Below, one piece after another: positions 40,603 to 52,432 of a stretch of DNA of 64,000 nt. Source of the DNA: Seison nebaliae (lineage: Eukaryota); contig JALJEE010002175.1 in assembly GCA_023231475.1 (NCBI GenBank), positions 62,001-126,000 on the forward strand. Direction: 5' to 3'. The first letter of the stretch is position 1. The number at the start of each line of letters is the position of its first letter. The notes beneath the pieces are model-generated. The model ran no database searches and was not told the origin of the DNA. It saw only the letters and a list, made by a program, of their open reading frames with translations. The translations under genes and the position numbers were made by a program.

Positions 40603-42956
40603 TTATAAAGAATTTTTTAATTTATCTAAATAATTCGGTTGGAGTTGTTGTATTAATCTTAGAATTAATTCGTCATCGAACGGCTTCGCCGCTATTTGAA
40701 TTCCAACTGGTGCACCTACATTTCCCATTGCGTACTAAACGTAAGATAAATAGAATATAAAGGATAAATAAATAATAAATAAATGATAAATAAAGGATAA
40801 ATATAATTAAACTCGCAGCACATTAGTTTCATGTAGATTTTGTGAATTGTGGAATAATTGCCTCAATGCTTCTTCATCCTCCTCCGTTACATTTGTCATT
40901 GGTACAACACCCACCGGATAATCGTTCACATTATACAAAGCAGTATAAGAGAATGCGTCTGAAAAAAAATTATTTATCAGGATAATATTCAAGAATTCTA
41001 CCTCTCAATTGGTTCGTTTTTCCAACATCAACTTGATTGCAACCAAATCCGGGGAAGACACAAGCATCTAATTTTAACTGATTCCATTCATCCGTAAATT
41101 TCTGAATATATTTCTTGATATGAAAAAATTGAAAATTATTCTGAATTAAACTCGAAAAAATTAAAACTTGTTTCTTGAGGGCCACTTCATGTAAATTCTT
41201 CACGTCTCTACAAAACAAGTTTAGAAATTATTAAAAAAAATCTCAAACGAGTATTGAGTCATTGCACGAATAATATCTCCCTTAATTTTATCCTGTAAGA
41301 GAAAATGAATATGAAAATTTTTGAAAAAAAAAGGAACTTTCATAGAATAAAATGGTATAGCTAATTTCAACAGGAAATCGGGCAATCTAGCTGCCATAAT
41401 GAATTCCTTCACAATATCATCTACCGGTTCTCCTTGGCTTTTGGAAATTTAGAGAAAAATTATAAAGGATTCATAAAAGCTAACAAAGCTTCCGCCACAG
41501 ACCTCTTATTGGACATCAATGCTGGATAATAAATTTCCATCAAAGCTTCGTAAACATCCGGTGGGGTAAATTGGACAATCTTTTTAAATAATTTCATATG
41601 AAAAAATGAATTCGTAATTAAACTTTATGTCCCAATCCTTCTAATGCTTTCAATGCCATATCTACGGCTCTTTTGTACGCGGGAGTTGTGGGAATGAAAC
41701 CATCATCATGATACCATCCGATTGTAAGTGATTGAGTTGATTTAAACATCTGAAAAATTGAAAATTTTAAAATTTATATTATATGTAAAATTATAAAAAA
41801 GGTAACTTCTTTATTAAATGGGACTGGGGTACAAGTCGGATCTAAAGTCCACATGGGTTTGGAGAATAAGACTTGACAAGCTCTAACAAGAGATTCGGCT
41901 TCATTAGCCAAAGGTCCCAAAACTGAGTGTACTAAAGAGACGTATAAAATAAGTATTTATATAAATAATAGAAGTCGAACAAACAAAAGTTGCTTTTGAT
42001 GGACCTTTCGCTCCCACTGAACTTACACGATTGACCGTCGGTTTTATACTAAATATACCACACATCATTGCTGGTATACGTAAACTACCTCCGATATCAC
42101 CACCCAAACCAATGATTGATTTATTCTGTCCGATTAACGAACCTTCACCAGATGAACTTCCACCTGATGTTTTCTTCACGTTATGTGGATTTAATGTTGC
42201 ACCATGAATGGGATTGCTACTATCGAAACTTAACATGGATTGAGGTACGTTAGTTCGAATGAATGGCAACGCTCCATGACATTTCATCACACGAATAATA
42301 ATAGCATCTTCTTTAGCTAATTCTTGAAGATTTTTCACTAGACCATATTGTGTGTAATAATTCTGGAAAAATTGTATGTTTAAATTTTATTTAGTTTAAA
42401 ATAAAATTAAAAAATTAATTTAAACTTTCATATTAATGTTCGATTTGACGGAAATTGGAACACCACTCAATAATCGTTCCTCTACTTCACATTCTTTAGT
42501 AACGTCGTCTATTTCAATCGCATCATTCTAATGGAAATCTTATGGAAATCGGAATGATAATTTAATGGTAACATAATTGACATAAGCGACAATGGGATTT
42601 GTTACTTTTGCAGTTTGCGCCGCATCGATTTGATAAGCTTTGAAAATTTCTTCTTTCTTTTCATCAGTTACATCTCCGAATTCGGAAACTCTTCGTGGTA
42701 TTTTATTCTTTTAATTCAAGTTTAGTCAATTAAAAATTTCAGGTAGAAATTAAACTATTTCAATTCCTTCCAATCCTTCTAATAATTCATCCGTCTCATT
42801 TTGGAGAGATTGTCTCGCTTCGGTGATTACTTGTTTATTCATTGTTTTCTTACCAACGCAATCCATTAATTTAAATCCTAAAGTTGTGATGGTCAAAACC
42901 GAAATTGCTAGTATTGTTTCATTGGAATAATCTAACAATAATTCAATCATGTCCAT
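40603..42956 (-). CDS. FAAH: Fatty acid amide hydrolase-like amidase, 13 exons
   Basis: N-terminal TM segment, LSGVPISVK, TNVPQSMLSFDSSNPIHG, amidase signature GGSSSGEGSLIG...GGDIGGSLRIPA, YTALYNV..YPVGVVP and PVGIQIAA. Twelve short introns restore the frame. Confidence 0.88.
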
Positions 42957-43610
42957 CTTCTTCTAACTCGATATCAATCAATCTTTTAGTAATGTCTCTA
43001 ATTTCTTCTTATTCCATTTCTATGGATACTCATCGAAATTAAGTCATTCTAAAGGAGAAACTTTGTCAAATCATGAGCCTTGAACTCTAAGGATGCCATT
43101 GGCCTTAATTAATCTTGCCTAATCATTTCTGAATAATTCACATGATTTCGAATTTAGATTAAAGATTGATAAAAACATTATCTCAACTTGACATATTTCA
43201 AATTAACAACAAGGTCGAACAATAAAGGCTAATATTTTTGGATTGATCTCTTCCTCCCTTGATAAGAATTAGAATTTTTTTTTATAGGAATTAGAATGTA
43301 ATTTGGAATTTATATGAATTTATTAAAATTTACTAATCAACTTAATTGTTAGTCAAATTGTTAATTTAATATTTAAAATAGAACTTATGAGATCTATAAA
43401 GATAACCAAAAAATTTTCTTTTTCCGTAAGAAAATTAAAAATTTTTTTATAATTTTAATGACATGCGATTTAAATGAAAGATATATAATTTAATGATGTT
43501 AAATTCCATTTAAATTTACAAAGTATAATAGATGATTCATTTGCTGAATCAATCATAGTACGATGTGCAATTTCACACAATAGGAAAAAACGAAAGAAAG
43601 ATGGAGAAAA

Positions 43611-46024
43611 TTATGTTTGTAGTTGTTGCATTAATTCTTCGAATTCAATAAAATCAATTTTCATTCTCTTCGTCACTTCTTTCACATCAGCAGTTTGTTC
43701 ATTTCGTTCCTGTCGTTCCATTGCTCTCAATTCCTTACTGATATGAATGAATAGAAATGGAAAAAAAAGATGAATAAATTAAATTGGAACTTGGATGTAG
43801 GTTGATAATTGTTGAGTGCTTCATTCAAATCTAAATCGGCTTCTTTCGCCATTTTGCTAAGCCAATTCTCTTCAAACTTCTTCTTTTTCAATTGATGAGA
43901 AAGATGTTCAATTTTCATGACATATTGTGCCAATTGTTTAACTGAAAGAAAAAATAATTAAAAAAGCCAAGAAGATTAAATATTTAATTAAAGATTAATT
44001 AGGAGAGACCTTTCTTTTTCAATTCATCAACAATTCTTCGATTATTTATATCAATCTGATTAAGTGATGATTCTTTTATAGTCGTTTTCACTTTACACAA
44101 TTCTTCGAATGTAAATTCTTCTATTCGATTCATATCAATTTCAACTTTTTCTTCCGATTCATCTACAATTCAATTATTTCTACAATTCAAATTCCAATTA
44201 AAAACTTTGACATAATGACGTTATAATTTTCGAATAGGAATGCCATTCATTATCTGACAAGAACATAACAGATATACCAGATTTATTACAACGTGCTGTT
44301 CGACCACTACGATGAACATATGATTCGAATGTTTTCGGTACATGAAAATGAATCACGTTATCAACGGAAGGAATATCAAGTCCTCGAGCGGCAACGTCCG
44401 TTGCTATTAGAGCCGTATTATCATTTCGACAAAATGACTCAATATTTTTCAGTCTTTGTTTCTCATGTAAATTCCCATGTAAAGTGAGTAAATGACATTT
44501 ATTTTTTGTTGATTGAAGATCGAATAATTGTTTCAATATCGATGTCAATTTTCGAACTGTATTTGTCGAATTCACAAAAATGATGGATCGACCTCGATTC
44601 ATGAGAAGGAAAAGGAACAGGAATGCTTCTTTCTCCTTCGTCGAACACATCAATTTTTTCTCTAATAAACTACTCGCCATTATCTGTCGTCGAGAGATAT
44701 CGACAATTGATCGATCTGATCGAAAAGGTAATTTTCCGATAATTTCGTCTAATAAAAAATAGAAATTTAATTAAAATTAATAATAAAAAATAATAACCGA
44801 TTTTCTCCATTTTACTTTTCTCTATTTCTTGTACGGTTGACGTGGTGGTTAATCGAATGGATGGAATTGCAGTTAATGTCGCCGAAAATACCATCAATTG
44901 ACGATTACTTTTACATTCGTCAGAACTGGAAAAAGAGATTTGAAATTGATGTTGATAAATTAAAAAATTACCATTGATTGAGATATTGGAATATTTTCAA
45001 CAAATCTTCAAATTGTCCACCTTCAATCATTCGATCAACTTCATCAACTACCACCGTTTTCACATATCGTAACGGTTTTAATAAATTCTTCAAAATAATT
45101 TAATTAATTTAAATTAATTTATTAATTGAGAGAATTAAATTCAAATTTAGAAAAAATATGGAAATTAAACCATTTCCATTAATTGGATCAATCTACCTGG
45201 TGTCCCCACCACAATATGAGGCGACGAACTTAATTGTCGTTTCTGTTTGACGATAGACAAACCACCAACAACCACACAAGTCTAATTGAATAGAAATTAT
45301 AAATTGGGAAATTAGAAAAATAAACTTTTATGGAAGTGGATTGTGAAAGTGACGAACAATTCGCCTTAATTTGAACGGCCAGATCTCTAGTTGGAGTAAG
45401 AATTAATGTGAATAAATCAGTGGGATGATCATCATCGTCATCTTTATCAAACAAATTTTTCAAATGATCATCTTTCCCAAAATCCATTTGCATATCATTC
45501 AATTGATATTCTTGAGCCAAATCGATTTTTTCAAATTTTGAAATTTCTTTTTTCTTCTTCTTCTCTTCCATTTTCTCATCTTCTTTCACTTCTTCTGATT
45601 TTGATAGAAGTCGATGGAAAATGGGTAGAAGGAATGCCAATGTCTTTCCACTTCCAGTTTGTGCCGCTGCCAAAACATCTTTCTTTCCATCTAATACTTC
45701 TCTAATACATTTAAGTTGAATCTCCGTCGGATTGACATAGTTCAAAGTAGCGAGTGTTTTCAATAATCGATCGTTCAATCCTAAATCTTTCCAATTGGCA
45801 GTGACATCATGAAAATTGATGGGTGCCACATTCACCGAACTCACTGTATCAGCTTGATGATATAATGACGATGTAGTTCGATGTTTCCTTGATTTATTTC
45901 CCTTTTTTTCAACTTGTTTCGTGAAAATTTCAGAAGTTTTCTAAATCATAAAATTTTTTCAAAATTTTTCCTTATAGGAAAAAAAATTAACTTTTTTCTT
46001 TTTCGTTATTTTCTTTCTGGACAT
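43611..46024 (-). CDS. DDX24: DEAD-box RNA helicase DDX24/Mak5-like, 9 exons
   Basis: Q motif [13 protein letters not shown], a long insertion before PTRDLA (typical of DDX24), [27 protein letters not shown] and C-terminal [13 protein letters not shown]. Eight introns. Confidence 0.85.
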
Positions 46025-47119
46025 GCTTTCCTCTTAATTTTAGGTATGCAGCTAAATTTTCTAATCCGAAAAAGTGATCAAAAATTAATTGATATTATAG
46101 AGAAGATAATAAAAGTGAAATTACTTAACCAAAGCTAAATCTTCCACGATTTACCTTCGTTTCTTCCATTAATTAAACAAATTTTTTATAAACGTATATA
46201 AACGTGATCAATATCAATAAATAAATTTTATAAAAATTTAAAAAAAAATAGTCGACGATGAATTCGTCATACACAATAATAATGATAATGAAAATCAGTT
46301 AAATAATTCAAAAAAAAATTTATCGAATTTACTTCAACTATCTTGAAATAAATTATATCTCGATTGTTAAGCATTTTATTGATAGGAACACCAGGATTGT
46401 TTACATGAGTTCTCTGTCTCCTCAGACGACACGTCTCCATTTTCCTCTTCTCCCAATGAGTCAATATCCTAATCAGAATTCTCTTCGGTCTCAAAATACA
46501 CAATTCTCAATAATTTAGTTCTTCCATTATACTCTTTGGAAAATATTTCCTTATGTACGCAACGTTCATTTCTGTCAATTGATCGCGCCTACAATCTGCT
46601 TATCAGGAGATTACCCTATCATACAAAATCAGGCTAAATAACGTCTAATTTTGAGGGTTTAAAAAAATCACTTTATTTAGCGTTTAAATTAAGTGTCTTT
46701 AGACCGAAAAGGTGAAAAAACGGTCTAATTAACCTCTAATTAAATACTCAGATGAGTACTTAAAATCAGACTTGTTTTTGTATGATCTTTACTCGTTCTT
46801 TACTCTTCGTCACCTTTGGTTTTCTTCCATTGCCTATTCTCTTTTTACGTCGATTTTTTTCTCTCATGGACAAAATTCCAATTTCTAATCCTCTCACTTC
46901 TTTTACTACTTATACTATACTAATGCTTTCCACCTTCACTCAATCTTTTCTCATACTATCCGCTACTACGATTTACCACGAGATATTCTCCTTCCCGATT
47001 TTTAGGATTTCATTTTTTCTTACGATTCGATCACATCTTATCCAATTAATCAAGAAACTCTTATCGAATTGCAATTTTGCCACTTGATCAAGATTGGTGG
47101 GGACCGGAGGTTTTTTAAT

Positions 47120-47935
47120 ATTTTTCTAATTTATCCGGACGGGAATTTTCATAATAAATAATAAAATGTTCCCTTTGAAGAGCGAATATTTCCTGCAATA
47201 TTTCCAGAAATTGATGTTTGTTGTCCGTCAGTTTGTCTACCAAAATCAAAATCATAAAAGACCACAAATTTTTAACCAGTGCAAATTCCTATAAACAATT
47301 CATTTCACCATAAATTTCTGAAGTTATCTTACATTTCTTATGTTGTTGGGTAATGTTAATTTGGGTCATTTCTTCTTCTGGAAAAGGAGAAGAATCTTAG
47401 TTTTTACATTTCTCTAATTCCTTCTGCAACTGTCCATAATCGAAATTAGATACCAAATCTTTTTTCAAATAATCAAAATCTTTAATTATTTCAAACGATT
47501 ACTTATCAAAAATCATATCTTCCACTTTCCTCAATGTTTTCTTTGGTTTATTCATAATGGCGTTTGAATGTTCCTCGATCAAATCTAGTAATTTTTGTTT
47601 CGGTAAAAATCGGCATCTAATTTGTCTTTTTGCTTCCAATGTGCTTTATTTATGATAGATTCGAGTAATTTGTACTTCTTATAATTTTTGTCAATTGTTT
47701 CTGTGGTGAAATTGATCAAGCACTCGTATTCTGACTTTATGATAGTCAACGATTTTAAATGATCTCTTAATTCATCTGAACAGAATTCGGACAGTTTCAC
47801 TTTCTTATGTCCTTTATGGTCATCCTAATCATTAATGATACATTTAACACATATTTTCTCTACACAAGTTGTGCAATAAAATTCTTTATAGTTCTTATGT
47901 AATTCGCAAAATAAATCTTCTAAAATATCATCCAT
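47120..47935 (-). pseudogene. B-box/coiled-coil (TRIM-like) pseudogene
   Basis: From ATG 47935: FCELHKNYKEFYCTTCVEKICVKCIIND*DDHKGHKKV is a B-box type 2 with an in-frame TAG (47825-47827). A frameshift near 47590 and further stops follow. The 3' end is approximate. Confidence 0.7.
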
Positions 47936-48522
47936 TTATTGTAGGAAGTAAATGTTTCAATTCTTCCAATTTTGTTTATCATTCTTTATGAAAATATAGT
48001 TTTACGTTTGAGATTAATGGCGAAATTTTTCAATTTGAGATTCTTCGTCACTGACTTGTAATTAACCCACTTTCCTGCAATTATTAACTGCAATAGTTAA
48101 GTCGTTAAATTGATAACGGATTGAAGAATACGGCTTAACAAATCAAAAACAATTTCAACATTTTAAATTGTAGACAACTTATCCATTTAAAAAGGGAACT
48201 ATTAGAAGTAGAAATTTTAATGAGCATAACATAGAAATCTTCCTTCATCATTGTTTATAATTTTAAATTTATTATTATTACAATTATATAGAAAATTAAA
48301 ATATTTTAATAATTTTTACAAATGACCATTAAAACGTTAAATTTTGAGATTAATTATGAACAGAGACAAATTGACGTCTTTATTTGAAATGCGGCGAAAT
48401 TTACATCAGTTTTGAAGAAAAGATTTACAGAAATCTGTTAAAACTTTTGAAAAATTTGGAAGGGATTTGAGCGCTATGATGAAAGAATATGAATATAAAA
48501 CTGAAAAATAATTTATTAAACT

Positions 48523-49131
48523 TCAGAAATTCTTGTACAACTTGAATTTTTTCAACAAACTCAAATAATTTTGAATTCCCGCCTTTCTTTCGTCCAAATA
48601 TTTAGGAATGAGATTATTCGTTTCTGCGTCTGTCTTTTGTGTTTCAGTGTAAATGACCTTTATTATCTGTGAAGACCATTTTGGAACATTCTTGTTCTTC
48701 CTTTGACGACGAAAGAGTGATTCCAAATTATCAAATTTGTCCGTGTCATTTAGTGCCGATTTGGAGAAGAGAGAAATTTCGTAGTTATTTTCAGGTTTGT
48801 GATCAGAAATATCTATGTTTTTCGACACTTTCATATTCTGTTCCGCCAAATCAAGATCGAATGTCGATTTAACCAAATTAGAGTTCTCGAATTCCTTTCC
48901 ATTTTTTCCATCACGTTTCGGTGTTGAACTTATCGGATATGTCATTGGTTTGAATATTATACAATCTTTCTCCAAATTTTCTTTCGATAATTTAGGTTGA
49001 ACATCCTTTTTGTTGTTCTTTCCACTTTCCAACGTCAACATTTGTTTAGTAAACGGTTTTCTTACTTTACGAATCTTACGCACTGTACTCTTATCGCTAT
49101 AACTATATTTCTTTTTATTTCTCAGCTGCAT
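48523..49131 (-). CDS. Uncharacterised basic protein (202 aa), intronless
   Basis: ATG-initiated Lys-rich ORF. There is a weak resemblance to the INCENP IN-box (NYEI...RKNKNVPKWSS). Confidence 0.5.
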   Translation of the reverse strand: MQLRNKKKYSYSDKSTVRKIRKVRKPFTKQMLTLESGKNNKKDVQPKLSKENLEKDCIIFKPMTYPISSTPKRDGKNGKEFENSNLVKSTFDLDLAEQNMKVSKNIDISDHKPENNYEISLFSKSALNDTDKFDNLESLFRRQRKNKNVPKWSSQIIKVIYTETQKTDAETNNLIPKYLDERKAGIQNYLSLLKKFKLYKNF

Positions 49132-49774
49132 CTTTTCTATTTAATTTTATCCTCTTCTAAATCTTTTGGACATCAACAAACGTTAATTTATTGGATGTAC
49201 TATGAGTAAATTCTCTTTCTATCTTTGTAATATTTCGATTGTGCACATAACTGTACATTGGACAAACTTCAAAAGTTTTCGAAATATAATGAATATTTCA
49301 CTAACTTTTCTTCCGTTTTGTGAAATTTTGAATTTTAAATATTAAGTTTATTCATTTCTATAATTGAACTTTTATTTTATAAATAATTAATGCAGAAATA
49401 TTCCCAATATTTTTGATAAAATTTTTCCATTAAAAATATTTCCAGGCAAGCAATAGCCAAATGGGAATTTTTTTAATAGCAAAAATTTTTTTTTAATTTT
49501 CTTTTGTAATTTAAAGTTTAAGCTTTATTTGGAATAAATGGAAATAAAGTAATATTAAAATATTTCTGATTTGTTTCTAAAATTGTAAATGGAAATTTTC
49601 TAAAAGATCCAAATCTATTTTTAATTGCCCGAAATTTTTTGGGTTTAAAATTTAAGCTTTAATGGAATTTTTTGAAATTATATAACTAAATAATTTGTTT
49701 GACAATCGAATTTAATTTTCCGAATAAATGCAGAAATTCTTATATAATTTTTATGAGAATACTCAAAATTAATA

Positions 49775-52345
49775 ATGACGTTAACGAATCAACATCGATC
49801 TTATAATGACATTGTAAGTAGTTCGAGAAGATTCAATTCAAATTTATTGAACGGAAGAACTAAACGAACATTAATGATCAATTCATCGACGCATTTGTGG
49901 CAGCAGAATAGCAACAACCATTACACAGCGTTTGAACGATCAGTAGATTTGAGAGGATCTCAACGAATTACATATCCGACATGTGATTGGAGGAAATATA
50001 AATCACTTCCATTAGATGGTGATTTGTTGAAGATATTGGACGAGAGAGATGAAGAGAGAATTAAACTGAAATTGAAAGACGAGAAAGAGAAACGATTGGG
50101 GAAACGGAAAATAATCGAAGAAGAGAAGAAAGAATTCAATAAATTGTTGAAGAAAGATGGGAATGTGGTGAAGAATTGTTCGTTGATCGCTGCGAAATAT
50201 GTTTATGAGAAAGAGAGTGAAGAGACGAAAGAAGATGAAGTAATTGTGGAATTGAGTCGATTATTTCCATCCAAGAAGAAATTTGTGAAAAATGAAAAAA
50301 TTCTGAAAAATTTGTCATGTGATAATCTGGTGAAAATGGAGAATGATTCTGATAACAAAAAAGACGTGACAGATCTTCCACCAAATGAATCAAATGGAAT
50401 TAAATGTGAAAAGGAAAAAATTTTAAATTCATCAATTCGGAATGATTCGAAAATTGATAAAAATTCTTCATTCCATCAACAAATGGAGGAGAAACAAATA
50501 ATTAACTTCAATACTCACAACAAGACGAAAGTGAATGAATCGATAATTAAAGAAGAAATGAAACCAATTCCATTTAACAATCAGATAACGGTGAGTAATC
50601 CGTCAACATATTCCAACAAAATATTACCAAATGCAAATCAACATGTCACTTCAAATTCGACGAATGGTCAAATATCAACGACAATTCCATCAACAAATCA
50701 TCATTATCAAATTCCGTCGAATGTTCCACCAGCAAACTATAATCAAATTCCAGGAAATGTTCCCTCAACAAATTTTCATCATCAGATTCCATCGAATATT
50801 CCACCAACAAATTATCATCATATTCCAGGAAATATTCCATCGACAAATTATCATCATCATATTCTAGGAAATATTCCATCTACAAATTATCATCATAGGA
50901 TTCCTGGAAATATTCCATCTACGAATTATCATCAGCAAATTCTCGGAAATATTCCTTCAACAAATCTTCCTCAACAATTTCCTGGAAATATTCCGTCAAA
51001 AAATCATCATCAACAAATTCCTGGAAATATTCCGTCAACAAATCATCATCAACAAATTCCAGGAAATATTCTGTCAACAAATCATCATCAACAAATTCCT
51101 GGAAATATTCCGTCAACAAATCATCATCAACAAATTCCAGGAAATATTCCGTCAACAAATCATCATCAACAAATTCCTGGAAATATTCCGTCAACAAATC
51201 ATCATCAACAAATTCCTGGAAATATTCCGTCAACAAATCATCATCAACAAATTCCAGGGAATTTTCCATCTACTAATCATCAGATATCGACGACAGTTGC
51301 ACAATCGACAAATGGAATTTCTCCATCGGTGAGAAGTGGAAGTGAAATATCAGTTAGTATTCGAGAACAGAAGAAGACTGAAAGTAAAACTGTTGAAGAG
51401 AAAGTGAAAGGAAATCGAGGGACATCAACATCATCGTCGGCGACATCGGTGAAAGCGCTATCAGAAGAGAAACCTTTTAGTTGTAAATTTTGTTCGATTC
51501 GATATAAAACTAAACCGGGATTAACTTATCATCAGAATCGATGTATCTCCAATCCCGCCTCCACCAAATATCAACAGGAACAAGCGAAACGTGCAGCTGC
51601 TGCTCAAGTAACAGCGAAATTGAAGAATGAGGAACGATTAACTACAACGAATAGTCCGAAACAATTTAATGGTTCCTCATCGAATGGTGGTGGTGGTGGT
51701 GGTAGAACTACACCGATTGCTAATAAAACAAAAGAGATGAATCATGTAAAGAATGAGAATAATAATTTGCCATCGGTTATTCAACGGAATTATAATCAAA
51801 TGAGAGGAATGCATATGTCAATGTCGATGATGATGTCACCACAACAAAATCAATTATATCAACAAATGTATCAACAAACTCATGGAACGAATGAAATGAA
51901 GAAGAATGATGAAGATCAAAAAGATCATCATCATCAACAACAACAACAACAACAACAATATATGAGACATCAATTAAATACACAATTATTAATGCAACAA
52001 CAACAACAACAACAACAGCAAAGAATGTTATCATCAAATATGTATAATGTAATGATGCCAAAAGATGTGAATAATTTATCGACAACAAATAATAATAATA
52101 ATAATAATAATAATAATTCAGAGAGTTCTGGTACGAATTCTCCACAATTATTTCCCCCACAAACATTCCATCAATTTCAAATGTGCTCCAAACAACAACA
52201 ACAACAACAACAAGCGTATTATAATTCTTTAGCACAACAACAACAGTTATTGCATGCACAAATGAATCGAGCGAATGCGATCAAATCACCGATACGATCA
52301 CCATCGTCACATTCGTCCATCTCATCTAAACGTGATGGAAATTGA
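49775..52345 (+). CDS. d4/Requiem (DPF1/2/3)-family protein lacking PHD fingers
   Basis: Requiem N-terminal (2/3) domain (YNDIV...FNSNLLNGRTKR...INSSTHLWQ...GSQRITYPTCDWRK) and a d4-type Kruppel finger EKPFSCKFCSIRYKTKPGLTYH. It continues with Q/N-rich sequence to the stop. Single 856-aa exon. Confidence 0.75.
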   Translation: MTLTNQHRSYNDIVSSSRRFNSNLLNGRTKRTLMINSSTHLWQQNSNNHYTAFERSVDLRGSQRITYPTCDWRKYKSLPLDGDLLKILDERDEERIKLKLKDEKEKRLGKRKIIEEEKKEFNKLLKKDGNVVKNCSLIAAKYVYEKESEETKEDEVIVELSRLFPSKKKFVKNEKILKNLSCDNLVKMENDSDNKKDVTDLPPNESNGIKCEKEKILNSSIRNDSKIDKNSSFHQQMEEKQIINFNTHNKTKVNESIIKEEMKPIPFNNQITVSNPSTYSNKILPNANQHVTSNSTNGQISTTIPSTNHHYQIPSNVPPANYNQIPGNVPSTNFHHQIPSNIPPTNYHHIPGNIPSTNYHHHILGNIPSTNYHHRIPGNIPSTNYHQQILGNIPSTNLPQQFPGNIPSKNHHQQIPGNIPSTNHHQQIPGNILSTNHHQQIPGNIPSTNHHQQIPGNIPSTNHHQQIPGNIPSTNHHQQIPGNIPSTNHHQQIPGNFPSTNHQISTTVAQSTNGISPSVRSGSEISVSIREQKKTESKTVEEKVKGNRGTSTSSSATSVKALSEEKPFSCKFCSIRYKTKPGLTYHQNRCISNPASTKYQQEQAKRAAAAQVTAKLKNEERLTTTNSPKQFNGSSSNGGGGGGRTTPIANKTKEMNHVKNENNNLPSVIQRNYNQMRGMHMSMSMMMSPQQNQLYQQMYQQTHGTNEMKKNDEDQKDHHHQQQQQQQQYMRHQLNTQLLMQQQQQQQQQRMLSSNMYNVMMPKDVNNLSTTNNNNNNNNNNSESSGTNSPQLFPPQTFHQFQMCSKQQQQQQQAYYNSLAQQQQLLHAQMNRANAIKSPIRSPSSHSSISSKRDGN
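50684..51282 (+). repeat. Coding 39-bp tandem repeat (about 15 units of IPGNIPSTNHHQQ)
   Basis: The unit attcc(a/t)ggaaatattccgtcaacaaatcatcatcaacaa is repeated. Copies are near-identical at the 3' end and degenerate at the 5' end. Confidence 0.95.
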
Positions 52346-52432
52346 TTGACATTTTTTCTTTCATTATTTTCCATTTAATAATAACAATCATTATCTTTTC
52401 CTTCATCTTCATTTATATATTATTAGATCGAA

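Noticed and set aside
47825..47827. In-frame TAG in the B-box as evidence of stop-codon reassignment or readthrough
   Set aside because: The same locus has a frameshift and further stops. Intact genes terminate at TAA, TAG and TGA and have no internal stops.
50684..51282. Regularly spaced repeats that could be taken for a CRISPR array
   Set aside because: Head-to-tail 39-bp coding repeats with no unique spacers, inside a eukaryotic ORF.
50136..52259. Antisense ORFs (EYFQEFVDDDLLT repeats, poly-V/poly-Y)
   Set aside because: Shadows of the coding repeat and poly-Q/N tracts on the opposite strand.
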